This document shows positions 31,543 to 40,399 of a stretch of DNA of 64,000 nt, one piece after another (position 1 is the stretch's first letter; the number at the start of each line of letters is the position of its first letter). The notes below the pieces were generated by a model. That model had not been told where the DNA came from and did no database searches. It worked only from the letters and a program-made list of their open reading frames with translations. Location: positions 19,413-83,412 of the forward strand of contig JBAYJO010000002.1 of NCBI GenBank assembly GCA_041665085.1, in the 5' to 3' direction. The DNA is from Patescibacteria group bacterium. Lineage in GTDB: Bacteria > Patescibacteriota > UBA1384 > JBAYJO01. The position numbers and the translations under genes were made by a program.

Positions 31543-31558
31543 AATATTTAGAGTATGT

Positions 31559-31894
31559 TTAATAATTATCTAAAATTTGGTCAACCTGTTTTTTAAGTTC
31601 AGGCAAATCACTTTTAACTGTATCCCAAATAATTTCAGGTTTGATATCGATGTAGCCATGAGCGATCTGGTTTCTTAGTCCAACCGCTTGATGCCATGGT
31701 AAATCATGGTATTGTTCTTTAAATTCATTACCTAGCTCATTTACAGATTCGCCAATCACAATTATCCGCATTAAGATAGCATCATAATCCTTGTTGTTTT
31801 TAGCAAATTCATCAAAAGTGATCTCATTAGAATATTCAAAAATTTTCTCGATTGAGTCGCGAATATGTAATAGTCGTAGTTTATTTCTTTCCAT
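31559..31894 (-). CDS. HepT-like HEPN ribonuclease toxin (DUF86)
   Basis: IGES, PWHQAVGLRNQIAHGY (Rx4HxY); start at 31894 overlaps the upstream MNT gene. Confidence 0.9.
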   Translation of the reverse strand: MERNKLRLLHIRDSIEKIFEYSNEITFDEFAKNNKDYDAILMRIIVIGESVNELGNEFKEQYHDLPWHQAVGLRNQIAHGYIDIKPEIIWDTVKSDLPELKKQVDQILDNY

Positions 31895-32183
31895 AAATTT
31901 TTCTTGCCTCCGCAAATATTTCGTCTTTAATATATTTATCAAGAGAATTCTTTTCAATAAAATCTACTTTTCTTCTTAATTTTTTTTCTAAATAGTACTG
32001 CGTGTCAAAAATTTTAAATAAACTCAATGTTTTGTTCATTTCAAACAACAGATCAATATCACTATTTTCCTTGGCGTTTCCATGCAAAAAAGATCCGAAG
32101 AGATAAATACTCTGGATATGTTCCCTGTTTGGAGCAGACATCATTGCTTCTTTAATTTTTGAAATAATTTCTTCTTGACTCAT
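31881..32183 (-). CDS. Minimal nucleotidyltransferase antitoxin (MntA-like)
   Basis: YLFGSFLHG....SDIDLL (GS-x10-DxD), RKVDFI. Confidence 0.9.
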   Translation of the reverse strand: MSQEEIISKIKEAMMSAPNREHIQSIYLFGSFLHGNAKENSDIDLLFEMNKTLSLFKIFDTQYYLEKKLRRKVDFIEKNSLDKYIKDEIFAEARKIYGKK

Positions 32184-32289
32184 AGATATATTATAGCATA
32201 ATTTTAAAAGATAAAAATATACTAACTACTAAAATAAAATGGTTTGATGGGACAGCTGGGTCTGGAACTATTTATGCGAATACTGATCT

Positions 32290-32483
32290 GCCCTTCGATA
32301 AACTCAGGGCATTCGACTTCTAGCTTTATGGTCTACTATGAATTTATTGAATGGTCAAAGAACATGAGCTTGTCGTGATCTAAAACTTATTATGGCACTT
32401 CGACAAGCTCAGTGCATTCGACTTCTAGCTTCCTGGTCGGAGACCATGAGCGCTCCGTTCGCTTTAGCGAACAGGAAGTCGAA
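32290..32483. repeat. Cluster of TTCGACAAGCTCA-type REP-like palindromes directly 3' of tRNA-Ser(GCT)
   Basis: GCCCTTCGATAAACTCAGGGCATTC (32290-32314), GCACTTCGACAAGCTCAGTGC, GCATTCGACTTCTAGCTT twice, GGTCGGAGACCATGAGC. Confidence 0.8.
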
Positions 32484-32573
32484 TGGCGGAGAAGGTGGGA
32501 TTTGAACCCACGATACCCTTGCGAGTATAACACCTTAGCGGGGTGCCGCTTTCAGCCACTCAGCCACTTCTCC
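32484..32573 (-). tRNA. tRNA-Ser(GCT), long variable arm, C at position 33
   Basis: GGAGAAGTGGCTGAGTGGCTGAAAGCG-GCACC-CCGCTAA-GGTGT...GTGGGTTCAAATCCCACCTTCTCCGCCA. Confidence 0.92.
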
Positions 32574-32641
32574 AAATAATATAATAATGATGCAAGCTAC
32601 ATCATTATCATATTAGCAGAATTATTTACAGATTAAAAGGG

Positions 32642-33055
32642 TTATTTAATTTTTGCCCCTTGGGTATCGAGCCAAGATTTTAGAGCATCTTTTTCTTTAT
32701 AGCCGGTTTCCTTTTGGCCATCTTTTCCAATAAAAGTTGGCGTTCCGGAAATATTATAGTCTTGCCAATAATTTTGATTTTTGCCTACATCCATAGGTTT
32801 TACTCTATATCCTTCTTTTGCCAGTTCTGCTAGTACGGTTTTTTCTTTAGTACACCAGCCGCAACTTTCAGAATAAAAAAACATTACCGGAGAACTGTCA
32901 TCAAAATAATCAGCAGTAACCGCTTGAGTTTGATTTGTATTTTGAGTAGACGCCCCTTTGGTAGTTCCTGTATTTGTGGCTTCTTTTGTACCGCAACCAG
33001 TTAATAATAAACTGCTAAATAATATTATTCCTGCAAAAAAAATATACTTTTTCAT
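32642..33055 (-). CDS. Thioredoxin-fold lipoprotein
   Basis: Lipobox LTGC, FFYSESCGWC (CxxC), cis-Pro GTPTF. Confidence 0.85.
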   Translation of the reverse strand: MKKYIFFAGIILFSSLLLTGCGTKEATNTGTTKGASTQNTNQTQAVTADYFDDSSPVMFFYSESCGWCTKEKTVLAELAKEGYRVKPMDVGKNQNYWQDYNISGTPTFIGKDGQKETGYKEKDALKSWLDTQGAKIK

Positions 33056-33142
33056 TTATCTCCAAATTAAATATATACTTTTCTATTATCAATATTTATC
33101 AATTTATGTCAAATAAAAAAATTATTTTTACATGATTTATGC

Positions 33143-33263
33143 ATTCGATTCAATTCTTTTTTCCTGTTCAGAGACCATGAGCGAATAAAGCGAGTTATTA
33201 TAGCCCTTCGATAAACTCAGGGCATTCTCCAATCTCTTGGTCGGAGACCATGAGCTTGTCGAA
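33143..33263. repeat. Second REP-like cluster directly 3' of tRNA-Ser(TGA)
   Basis: Exact 25-bp copy GCCCTTCGATAAACTCAGGGCATTC at 33203-33227; GGTCGGAGACCATGAGCTTGTCGAA; AGACCATGAGC. Confidence 0.8.
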
Positions 33264-33353
33264 TGGCGGAGAGGGTGGGATTCGGACCCACGGTTACCTT
33301 TCAGCAACACTAGTTTTCAAGACTAGCTCCTTAAACCACTCGGACACCTCTCC
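33264..33353 (-). tRNA. tRNA-Ser(TGA), T-loop reads TCCGAAT
   Basis: GGAGAGGTGTCCGAGTGGTTTAAGGAG-CTAGT-CTTGAAA-ACTAG...GTGGGTCCGAATCCCACCCTCTCCGCCA. Confidence 0.92.
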
Positions 33354-33362
33354 AGATGTTTT

Positions 33363-33500
33363 TCCGCCTTCGGTTAACCTCTTTAACAAATAGATGATTA
33401 TTTCTCTTGTTAAATTAGGTTAATTCTTCGGCGGACCCTCTTAATTGTCACACTGTAATAATACTATGGAATAGATTTTACAGTAAGACAATTGGATGGG
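33363..33500. repeat. Two adjacent long imperfect hairpins (33363-33435, 33436-33500)
   Basis: TCCGCC/GGCGGA, TTAACCT/AGGTTAA, TTTAACAA/TTGTTAAA; then CCC/GGG, AATTGTC/GACAATT, ACTGTAA/TTACAGT. Confidence 0.8.
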
Positions 33501-33536
33501 CAAGACCGTCGCACTAGACCACTATGCGACCTCTCC
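33501..33536 (-). pseudogene. Orphan 5' half of a tRNA-Ser
   Basis: GGAGAGG-TC-GCAT-AGTGGTCTA-GTGC-G-ACGGT-CTTG: acceptor strand, D arm and 5' anticodon stem, ending at anticodon position 35. Confidence 0.75.
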
Positions 33537-33614
33537 AACAATAACAACAATACTATTATACCTGTAATTTAATTAAAAATCAACCATATTACATTGTGTA
33601 TATTTTTTCACAGA

Positions 33615-33643
33615 TTGACATATACTTTCTATCTGATCATATT
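33615..33643 (+). promoter_or_regulatory. Putative sigma70 promoter of the GHMP kinase gene
   Basis: TTGACA-N17-CATATT. Confidence 0.5.
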
Positions 33644-33686
33644 AAATTAGACCAATACAATAATCACACAGGGGGGTTCAATTACA

Positions 33687-34751
33687 ATGTCAAACATTGT
33701 ACTGATAAAAACGTCATTGGTAACAAGAGCTCAAGCAACCACCAGAGTATGGGATATCGGCGGGTGGCTTGACACTTGGTTCGCCGTTATTGGTGAGATA
33801 CTGAATATCGGCGTTTGGTCGCGCTACTTTGGGAGCACAGGTCCTTTCAGGGGAGTTGAAGTTAGCGTAGAAAAAACGCAGACAAATCCCCAAGCAGGCA
33901 AGATTGAGATCATTGCTGCTGACCCAAGTTTTGATGTCGGCAATGTCGAAATCAGATCGCTGGACAATGGCAACTTTGATCACTCGAATATCTTGCTGGA
34001 CACACTATACCTTTTGAAGAGATATCTTGATCCGCGGTTCAACTTCACCATTCGGATTTTGAGTCCGTTCCCGCCCGGAGCCTCTGTTGGCACAAGCGCT
34101 GCCGTTGAGATTGCTCTTGGAAAAGCAATCACTGGCGGGGAACTTCCACTGGGAGAGCTGGCAAAAATCGGATGGCGAGCTGAAACCGAGATCAAAGGTG
34201 GACAATCCGGCATTCAAGACCATTGGGGTTCGGACTTTTCAGGAGGAGTTGGACTTTATACTGTCAGCTCATATCCAGAGACAACGATGCGGCCTGTCCG
34301 TATTTCAGATGCTACAAAAATGGCGCTGAATGATGGTCTTGTCACAGTATGCTACGGCACTCATGATAGTTCGGAAATGCACAATCGAGTGATTTCTGGA
34401 CTGGAAGGAGAAGGAGAACATTCACCAAGACTCGCAAGGCTAAGGGGTCTGGCGCTTCAAGCTGAAGACGCCCTAAGAAGAGGGTATCTGACAAAATTCG
34501 GCAGAATCGGAATCGAGAATACCGAGGCGCAAAAAGCGCTTTGTCCGGAACTTGTTAGCCAATCTGCCGAGTTTATCATACAGACAGCTAAGATCCACAA
34601 AGCTCTCGGTTGGAAAGTAAATGGAGCAGGAGGCGAAGGCGGATCAATTACCGTGCTCATGTCCACAAGATCCGCGACCGAAGAATTCGTTGCTTCGGTC
34701 AGAAGGTATGCTCCATCAGACTGGAAGATCTTCGAGCATCGTCTTCCATGA
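33687..34751 (+). CDS. GHMP-family sugar kinase (HddA/fucokinase-like), GC-rich solo gene
   Basis: R..DIGGWLDT, PPGASVGTSAA, SGIQD, GWKVNGAGGEGGS; 32/60 G+C in 34021-34080. Confidence 0.82.
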   Translation: MSNIVLIKTSLVTRAQATTRVWDIGGWLDTWFAVIGEILNIGVWSRYFGSTGPFRGVEVSVEKTQTNPQAGKIEIIAADPSFDVGNVEIRSLDNGNFDHSNILLDTLYLLKRYLDPRFNFTIRILSPFPPGASVGTSAAVEIALGKAITGGELPLGELAKIGWRAETEIKGGQSGIQDHWGSDFSGGVGLYTVSSYPETTMRPVRISDATKMALNDGLVTVCYGTHDSSEMHNRVISGLEGEGEHSPRLARLRGLALQAEDALRRGYLTKFGRIGIENTEAQKALCPELVSQSAEFIIQTAKIHKALGWKVNGAGGEGGSITVLMSTRSATEEFVASVRRYAPSDWKIFEHRLP

Positions 34752-34769
34752 CTCACAAACACGACTATC

Positions 34770-34798
34770 AGCCCGTCGCGATTACATCGCGGCGGGCT
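34770..34798. terminator. GC-rich hairpin after the GHMP kinase gene
   Basis: AGCCCGTCGCGAT-TAC-ATCGCGGCGGGCT (13-bp stem, one G-T pair). Confidence 0.6.
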
Positions 34799-34895
34799 AA
34801 ATCTTTTCATAAATATTGTGTTTTAAACCTGAAGGTGATAGATTGAATTTATGAAGCTTGCGATTCAAATATAAATGATTAAAAATCATTTAAGT

Positions 34896-35380
34896 AATTT
34901 AAAATTTACAAATTTAGAATTTAAAATCAATTTAAAAACAATAAATTTACAATGTTGGAAACAAAAAACAAAAAGTACGATTTAGAAGAAAGAACAGCGA
35001 TTTTTGGCGAGAATATTATTAAATTATGCAAGTCTACTAAAACTACAATTAACACAGAACCAATTATTAAACAAATCCTTCGATCTGCAACTAGCATCGG
35101 TGCAAATTATATGGAAGCGAACGGCGCTAGTTCAAAAAAAGATTTTTGTAATAAAATATACATTTGCAAGAAAGAAGCACAGGAAACAAAACATTGGCTA
35201 AGGATGTTATTAACTGCTACAAATGAATCAAATAAAGAAATCGATCACTTGCTTGATGAAGCGCAACAGCTTTCAATGATATTTCACAAGATTACAATTT
35301 CATCAAAAAATAAAGTTTAATCATTTTAAATTATGACATTGAAAATTCATTTTAAATTAGTAAATTATAAATTTTAAATT
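34896..35380. mobile_element. Putative four-helix-bundle cassette 1 (gene framed by ~55-bp imperfect periodic inverted repeats)
   Basis: Left AATTTAAAATTTACAAATTTAGAATTTAAAATCAATTT versus reverse complement of right AATTTAAAATTTATAATTTACTAATTTAAAATGAATTT. Confidence 0.55.
34952..35320 (+). CDS. Four-helix bundle protein (23S rRNA IVP/bAvd-like family)
   Basis: YDLEERT, QILRSATSIGANYMEA..ASSKKDF..K..ICKKEAQETKHWL. Confidence 0.92.
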   Translation: MLETKNKKYDLEERTAIFGENIIKLCKSTKTTINTEPIIKQILRSATSIGANYMEANGASSKKDFCNKIYICKKEAQETKHWLRMLLTATNESNKEIDHLLDEAQQLSMIFHKITISSKNKV

Positions 35381-35386
35381 TATACT

Positions 35387-36082
35387 ATGTCTATGAAGCT
35401 TGCAATTGTTATACCAGCCTATAATGAAGAAGAAACACTTGGCATAGTTTTAAATTCCCTGCCTAAAAAGTTAAAAGGTATCAGGGAAATCAAAACGATT
35501 GTGGTGGATGACGGATCAAAAGATAGAACGCACGAGATAGCCAGATGGAATCAAGTAATGGCTTTAAAACATATTGTAAATTTAGGGGTTGGAGCGGCAA
35601 CAATCACAGGTCTTGAAGCTGCAAGAAAAATAAATTCCGATATTGTAATTACACTTGACGCAGACGGTCAGCACAGTCCTTCTAATATTGAAAAATTAAT
35701 TGAACCGATTATTAAAAAAGAAGTAGATATTGTTATCGGCAGTCGAGATTATAAGATAAAAAATATGCCAGTTGTAAAAGTTTTTGGCAATCTGATGATG
35801 AACACATTAACCTACATGGTATTTCGAAAATGGTCCGCTGATTCACAATCGGGTATGAAAGCATTTTCAAAATCAGCACTTGAAAAAATTAAACTCCATT
35901 CAACCGGTTATGAAATATGTTCGGAAATTATTGGAGAAATTAAAAGAAATAATATTCAATATAAAGAAATTAAAATTGATACAATTTACACCGATTATTC
36001 AAAACTTCGAGGTCAAAATATTCTTAATGGCATAAATATTTTGACAAAATCATTATTTATTAAAATTGCGAGTATAAAATGA
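35387..36082 (+). CDS. GT2 glycosyltransferase (DPM synthase-like)
   Basis: IPAYNEE, VDDGSKD, LDADGQH, DSQSG. Confidence 0.92.
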   Translation: MSMKLAIVIPAYNEEETLGIVLNSLPKKLKGIREIKTIVVDDGSKDRTHEIARWNQVMALKHIVNLGVGAATITGLEAARKINSDIVITLDADGQHSPSNIEKLIEPIIKKEVDIVIGSRDYKIKNMPVVKVFGNLMMNTLTYMVFRKWSADSQSGMKAFSKSALEKIKLHSTGYEICSEIIGEIKRNNIQYKEIKIDTIYTDYSKLRGQNILNGINILTKSLFIKIASIK

Positions 36083-36414
36083 TTTATGTAGCTAAAGTTT
36101 TTTCAATCATATTGGGATTAATGGTTATATCTAAAACTTTGCTTGATTTTAAAAAGAAACAAGAAAGTTTAATCATGTTTATTTTTTGGACTGTAACATG
36201 GGCGATAATTATTTATCTTGGATTATTTCCAGCCGAAATAGATAAAACAATTAATCGACTCGGAATGAATAAAACCGGAACCGGTACTTTTTTCGGCATG
36301 TCATTGGTTTTTTTATTTTTTGTAATTTACCGCGTCTATCACAAAGCGAATCGTTTAGAATTAAAACTAAAAGACATGACAATGAAATTAGGGTTGAAAG
36401 ATGTTAAAGAATGA
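36079..36414 (+). CDS. Small membrane protein (DUF2304-like)
   Basis: Three TM segments plus C-terminal coiled coil, coupled to the DPM-like GT2. Confidence 0.65.
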   Translation: MIYVAKVFSIILGLMVISKTLLDFKKKQESLIMFIFWTVTWAIIIYLGLFPAEIDKTINRLGMNKTGTGTFFGMSLVFLFFVIYRVYHKANRLELKLKDMTMKLGLKDVKE

Positions 36415-37427
36415 TCTCTGTCATCATAGTCGGATATAATAGCGAAAAATATCTTAATGATTGTTTAGCAAGTATTTATACCTCTACTATAAAAAAATTT
36501 CGAGTAATTTTTGTTGACAATAATTCAAATGATGATTCTGTAAAATTTATTCAAGAAAATTTTAAAGAAGTAATAATTATTAAATCTAAAGAAAATAATG
36601 GTTTTGCAAAAGGCAATAACATTGGCATTCAAAAAGCCATCGAACTAGGGAGTGAATATGTCTTCCTAATTAATCCCGATACAATTATTGATCCAAATTG
36701 CATCGAAATTCTCCTGAATAAATCAGATCCAAACACAGTATTACAACCTCTAATTTTACTTCACGAAAATGGTGAAAAAACCAATTTAATTAACACTAGC
36801 GGTGGCGTATTGCATTATCTAGGATTTAGTTATTGCAGTGATTACAGAAAAAACAAAAATGACGTCACAGAAAAAGATATTGCGATTGCCAGCGGAGCAG
36901 CGGTTTTGGTACCAACAAATATTTTAAATAAAATCGGCCTTTTTGATGAATTATTTTTTATGTATCATGAAGATGTGGATCTTTTTTGGCGCGCCAGAAT
37001 GTATGGCTATAATATCCGGCTTATTCCAGACGCTTTAATTTGGCATAAATATTCTTTTTCAAGAAATAAAGATAAGATGTTTTATACGGAAAGAAATCGT
37101 TTGCTATTTTTATTTAAAAATTTTAGTTTGAGATATTTATTATTAATACTACCAATTTTTGTATTTAATGAAATTTTCATTTTAATTTATGCTTTACTAA
37201 CTGGTTGGTTGGGATATAAAATAAAATCATACATATCATTAATAAGGTTGCTCCCTAAAGAATTTGAAAAAAGAAAACAAAATAAATTGGTTAGCAATAA
37301 ATCTGAAAGAAAAAATAAAAAATTTATTAGTTCAGAAATCTCATTTTCAGAATTTGCTATATTTTTAATACAACCATACAACTACGCAATTAATTTTTAT
37401 TGGAAATTAATTTATTCATTTATATAA
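36411..37427 (+). CDS. GT2 glycosyltransferase
   Basis: VDNNSND, NNGFAKGNN, LINPD, FMYHEDVDL. Confidence 0.92.
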   Translation: MISVIIVGYNSEKYLNDCLASIYTSTIKKFRVIFVDNNSNDDSVKFIQENFKEVIIIKSKENNGFAKGNNIGIQKAIELGSEYVFLINPDTIIDPNCIEILLNKSDPNTVLQPLILLHENGEKTNLINTSGGVLHYLGFSYCSDYRKNKNDVTEKDIAIASGAAVLVPTNILNKIGLFDELFFMYHEDVDLFWRARMYGYNIRLIPDALIWHKYSFSRNKDKMFYTERNRLLFLFKNFSLRYLLLILPIFVFNEIFILIYALLTGWLGYKIKSYISLIRLLPKEFEKRKQNKLVSNKSERKNKKFISSEISFSEFAIFLIQPYNYAINFYWKLIYSFI

Positions 37428-37431
37428 AATT

Positions 37432-39402
37432 ATGCTTAATATACTAAAAAAAATATACATAAAAAACAAACTATTAGTAATTTTTACTTTAGTATTAGTA
37501 TTTTATCTAATTTCTTTAGCAACAGAATCTAATATCACAATGGCTATTTTTGGCCTTCCATTACTGTTATATTTCCCTGGTAAATTCATAATCGAAATTA
37601 TTCCTCCGATGAGTTTTAAATTTGGTAAATTTGGTAAATTTTCATTAAGTATTATCTATTCTTTTTGCCTAGCCTGTGTTTTAGGTCTAATATTGCAGAA
37701 TTCTCTTGAATTTAATTCAGGCTATCAAGTTACAGGATTTATTTTACTAAATATTATACTTTTTATAATTAATTATTTAATCCTTAGAAGTAAATTTTGG
37801 CGGAAAACACCATTTTCCAGTAAAAAGATTTCGAATCGGTCATACACCGCCGTTTGGTGTGACTATACTACAATAGCCCTATTTGCCGTGGCAATTTTAA
37901 TAATAATATTATTAAATCCATTAGCTCAAAATTACGATAAATATCTTGCCATTTTAAAATTATCAGTTTCTCAAAATTTTAACCTTTTAGCGAGCAGACA
38001 AATATTTATTTCTTTTACATTTTTAGTAAGTAAAATTTCGGGATTAAATATTTCTATTGTAGATAGAAATATTTATGATGGATTATTTTTTTTCTCAACG
38101 TTAATATTTTACGATTATTTAAAGAGAAATTTACAATCAAGATTAATAATATCGCTTTCATATTTATCTTTTTTAATTCCCCCTGTAATTCTTATGCAAG
38201 TTGACATAACTATACCTCAAGTTGTCTTAGTAATCTTAACCACACCAGTACTGATCCTTGCAATTGAGTCCATCAAATATAAAAATACTCTTGCTGCAAT
38301 TACAGCATTCAGTATTTCAATCACTGCCATATTATTTCACCAGCTTAGCGCTGTATTAGTAGCCATCGCGGTGATCACGCTCGGTATTAATTTATGGAAA
38401 TTAATTTTTATAGATAAAAAAATTTTATGGAAACATATTATTTTATTTTCTATTATTACTATTGCTTGTTTTGTAATTTTTGATCTTTGGAATTTGTTCT
38501 TACCATCAGTCTTGATACTAAAATCAGCGTACCTTTCTTTTGCTAATATTAATTGGCGTTGGTGGTTTATTAATCGATATTTAGATATTGATGGAACCAT
38601 TATAATGTTTTCTGGTATAAATGCTCTTTTTTATTATCTATATAATGGAGTTTTATTATTGTTGTTGCTGGCTTATTTGTATTGTTTTATTTGTATAAAA
38701 CGTATTAAAATCGAGCGCTACGTACTGCCTCCGGTACTTTATTTAATTTTTTTCTTTGTTGTCGCAGAAGTATTGCCAAGAATCGGACTATTCTTTTTAC
38801 CAAACAGAGCATGGCTTCATATGATGATACCGGCAGTTATTCTATCAGCTTTATTCTTAGAAAAAATAGAAATAACGAAACTAAAAATCAAATTTATTCC
38901 AATCATACTAATTGTTTTTATTTGTACTGGCTATGCCGGCTCTTTATATTTAATAAAAAATAACATCAAAAAAGTGTATAGAGAAGAATTGCCAACAGCG
39001 AATTTTATAAAAAACAACACACCGGTTGATTCAATAATTCTTTCTTCTCAAGATAATTTAGCGCTTGTTTATATTTATGGTAATAGAAATTATGGACAAA
39101 CAACAACCGATCATATTATCAATAAAAATGAGTTTGTAAATTTGATTGATACAGAGCTTGAAGAATTATCGAAAAATATAAATAAGACAATCAGGCCGAA
39201 ATTAAATAAAACAATCGAAAACATTTCAACTATTAATGGTTCCGTATATTTTTTGTATTCTTATCGTAAATTAAATATTTTGAATAATGGAAAAATAGAT
39301 CGACAAGAGGTTGATGATTCACTTAATGAATCTACCTATCGTAATTTTGAATATCCGGTTGTTTATTCAGATAAAAATGCGTTTTTGATAAAAATTAAAT
39401 AA
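37432..39402 (+). CDS. Large polytopic membrane protein (possible GT-C fold)
   Basis: Many TM helices, LYFPG, FHQLS, C-terminal soluble FIKNNTP domain. Confidence 0.6.
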   Translation: MLNILKKIYIKNKLLVIFTLVLVFYLISLATESNITMAIFGLPLLLYFPGKFIIEIIPPMSFKFGKFGKFSLSIIYSFCLACVLGLILQNSLEFNSGYQVTGFILLNIILFIINYLILRSKFWRKTPFSSKKISNRSYTAVWCDYTTIALFAVAILIIILLNPLAQNYDKYLAILKLSVSQNFNLLASRQIFISFTFLVSKISGLNISIVDRNIYDGLFFFSTLIFYDYLKRNLQSRLIISLSYLSFLIPPVILMQVDITIPQVVLVILTTPVLILAIESIKYKNTLAAITAFSISITAILFHQLSAVLVAIAVITLGINLWKLIFIDKKILWKHIILFSIITIACFVIFDLWNLFLPSVLILKSAYLSFANINWRWWFINRYLDIDGTIIMFSGINALFYYLYNGVLLLLLLAYLYCFICIKRIKIERYVLPPVLYLIFFFVVAEVLPRIGLFFLPNRAWLHMMIPAVILSALFLEKIEITKLKIKFIPIILIVFICTGYAGSLYLIKNNIKKVYREELPTANFIKNNTPVDSIILSSQDNLALVYIYGNRNYGQTTTDHIINKNEFVNLIDTELEELSKNINKTIRPKLNKTIENISTINGSVYFLYSYRKLNILNNGKIDRQEVDDSLNESTYRNFEYPVVYSDKNAFLIKIK

Positions 39403-39406
39403 ACAG

Positions 39407-40399
39407 TTACTTATAAACTTTCTTTCTTAAATCCATCACGCTTGATAATTTATTACTTGCAAGTTTTTTAACCCACAAATAATCGCATCTTTTGCAAAAT
39501 TTCTTTCTTCCCGATAATAGTTTCTTGAACGCAAGATAGATTATGTCTAGTTTTCTAAATTGGCCAATTTTAATAAAAAAAATGGAATTGTATACCAAGT
39601 GTAATAAATTCAGAGGCATCGCGGTAATAAGTAATGAAGTTGGCCAATATTTTCCGAGAATATACCAACGATTTTGTATTCCATAATATTGTCTGAAACA
39701 GATGCCATCATTTTTCTTTTTTGGAGAAGAGTAGCTTTCCAAATGATAGCTTTTCGCTTTCAATACTCTTCCGATTTTATAACCCTTCATTAATAACCTG
39801 ACACTTAATTCCGGTTCTTCATAATAAAGAAAAAAGGTTTTTTCAAACTTTAAATTTTTAATTATAATACCTCTGGCCATAAAACAGGCTCCGCTAAAGC
39901 AGCTTAAATCAGTTCTATCTAATTCTGTATCGTAAAGCCCATAACCAAACCCGCTTTTATTTATATTCGCACCGAATGAGTAAATTTTTGCATTTTTGTT
40001 TTTTTTCCACCCTGTAAATACTATAGGATTTATTATAGCCAATTTATCGTCATAAAAGTTATTTAAAAGTATCTTGGCACAATTTTTGTCCAAGATTACA
40101 TCATTATTCATAAACAGGATATAATCCGCCTCAGAGCGCTTCATAGCTTCATTGTTTGCCCTACCAAAGCCAATATTTTCTTTTCCTTTGATCAATTCGA
40201 CTTTAGGAAATTTATTTTTGATAATATCAATGGAATTATCTTGAGAATTATTATCATAAATTATAACTTTCTCAGGTAAAAGCGAGGATCTGAAAACAGA
40301 TTTTAAACAATCTGGCAAAATCTTCTCTCCTTGGTAATTTACAATTACAACATCATATTTATTCATTGATGACATATTAAAGTTTTCGTGCAATAACAT
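39407..40399 (-). CDS. GT2 glycosyltransferase (start probably ~40375)
   Basis: VIVNY, DNNSQD, GFGRANN, FMNND, FFLYYEE. Confidence 0.9.
   Translation of the reverse strand: MLLHENFNMSSMNKYDVVIVNYQGEKILPDCLKSVFRSSLLPEKVIIYDNNSQDNSIDIIKNKFPKVELIKGKENIGFGRANNEAMKRSEADYILFMNNDVILDKNCAKILLNNFYDDKLAIINPIVFTGWKKNKNAKIYSFGANINKSGFGYGLYDTELDRTDLSCFSGACFMARGIIIKNLKFEKTFFLYYEEPELSVRLLMKGYKIGRVLKAKSYHLESYSSPKKKNDGICFRQYYGIQNRWYILGKYWPTSLLITAMPLNLLHLVYNSIFFIKIGQFRKLDIIYLAFKKLLSGRKKFCKRCDYLWVKKLASNKLSSVMDLRKKVYK

Noticed and set aside
32239-32272. TGG..TGGGACAGCTGGGTCTGGAAC as a displaced tRNA 3' end (att site)
   Set aside because: Too degenerate and does not match the adjacent tRNA-Ser or tRNA-Arg 3' ends.
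32290-33263. Possible CRISPR array from the repeated 25-bp palindromic sequence
   Set aside because: Only two exact copies ~900 bp apart, irregular degenerate units, no constant spacers and no cas genes.
33363-33500. Group I intron, tmRNA or 6S RNA
   Set aside because: No recognisable catalytic core, tmRNA ends or central bubble; reported only as a double-hairpin insertion.
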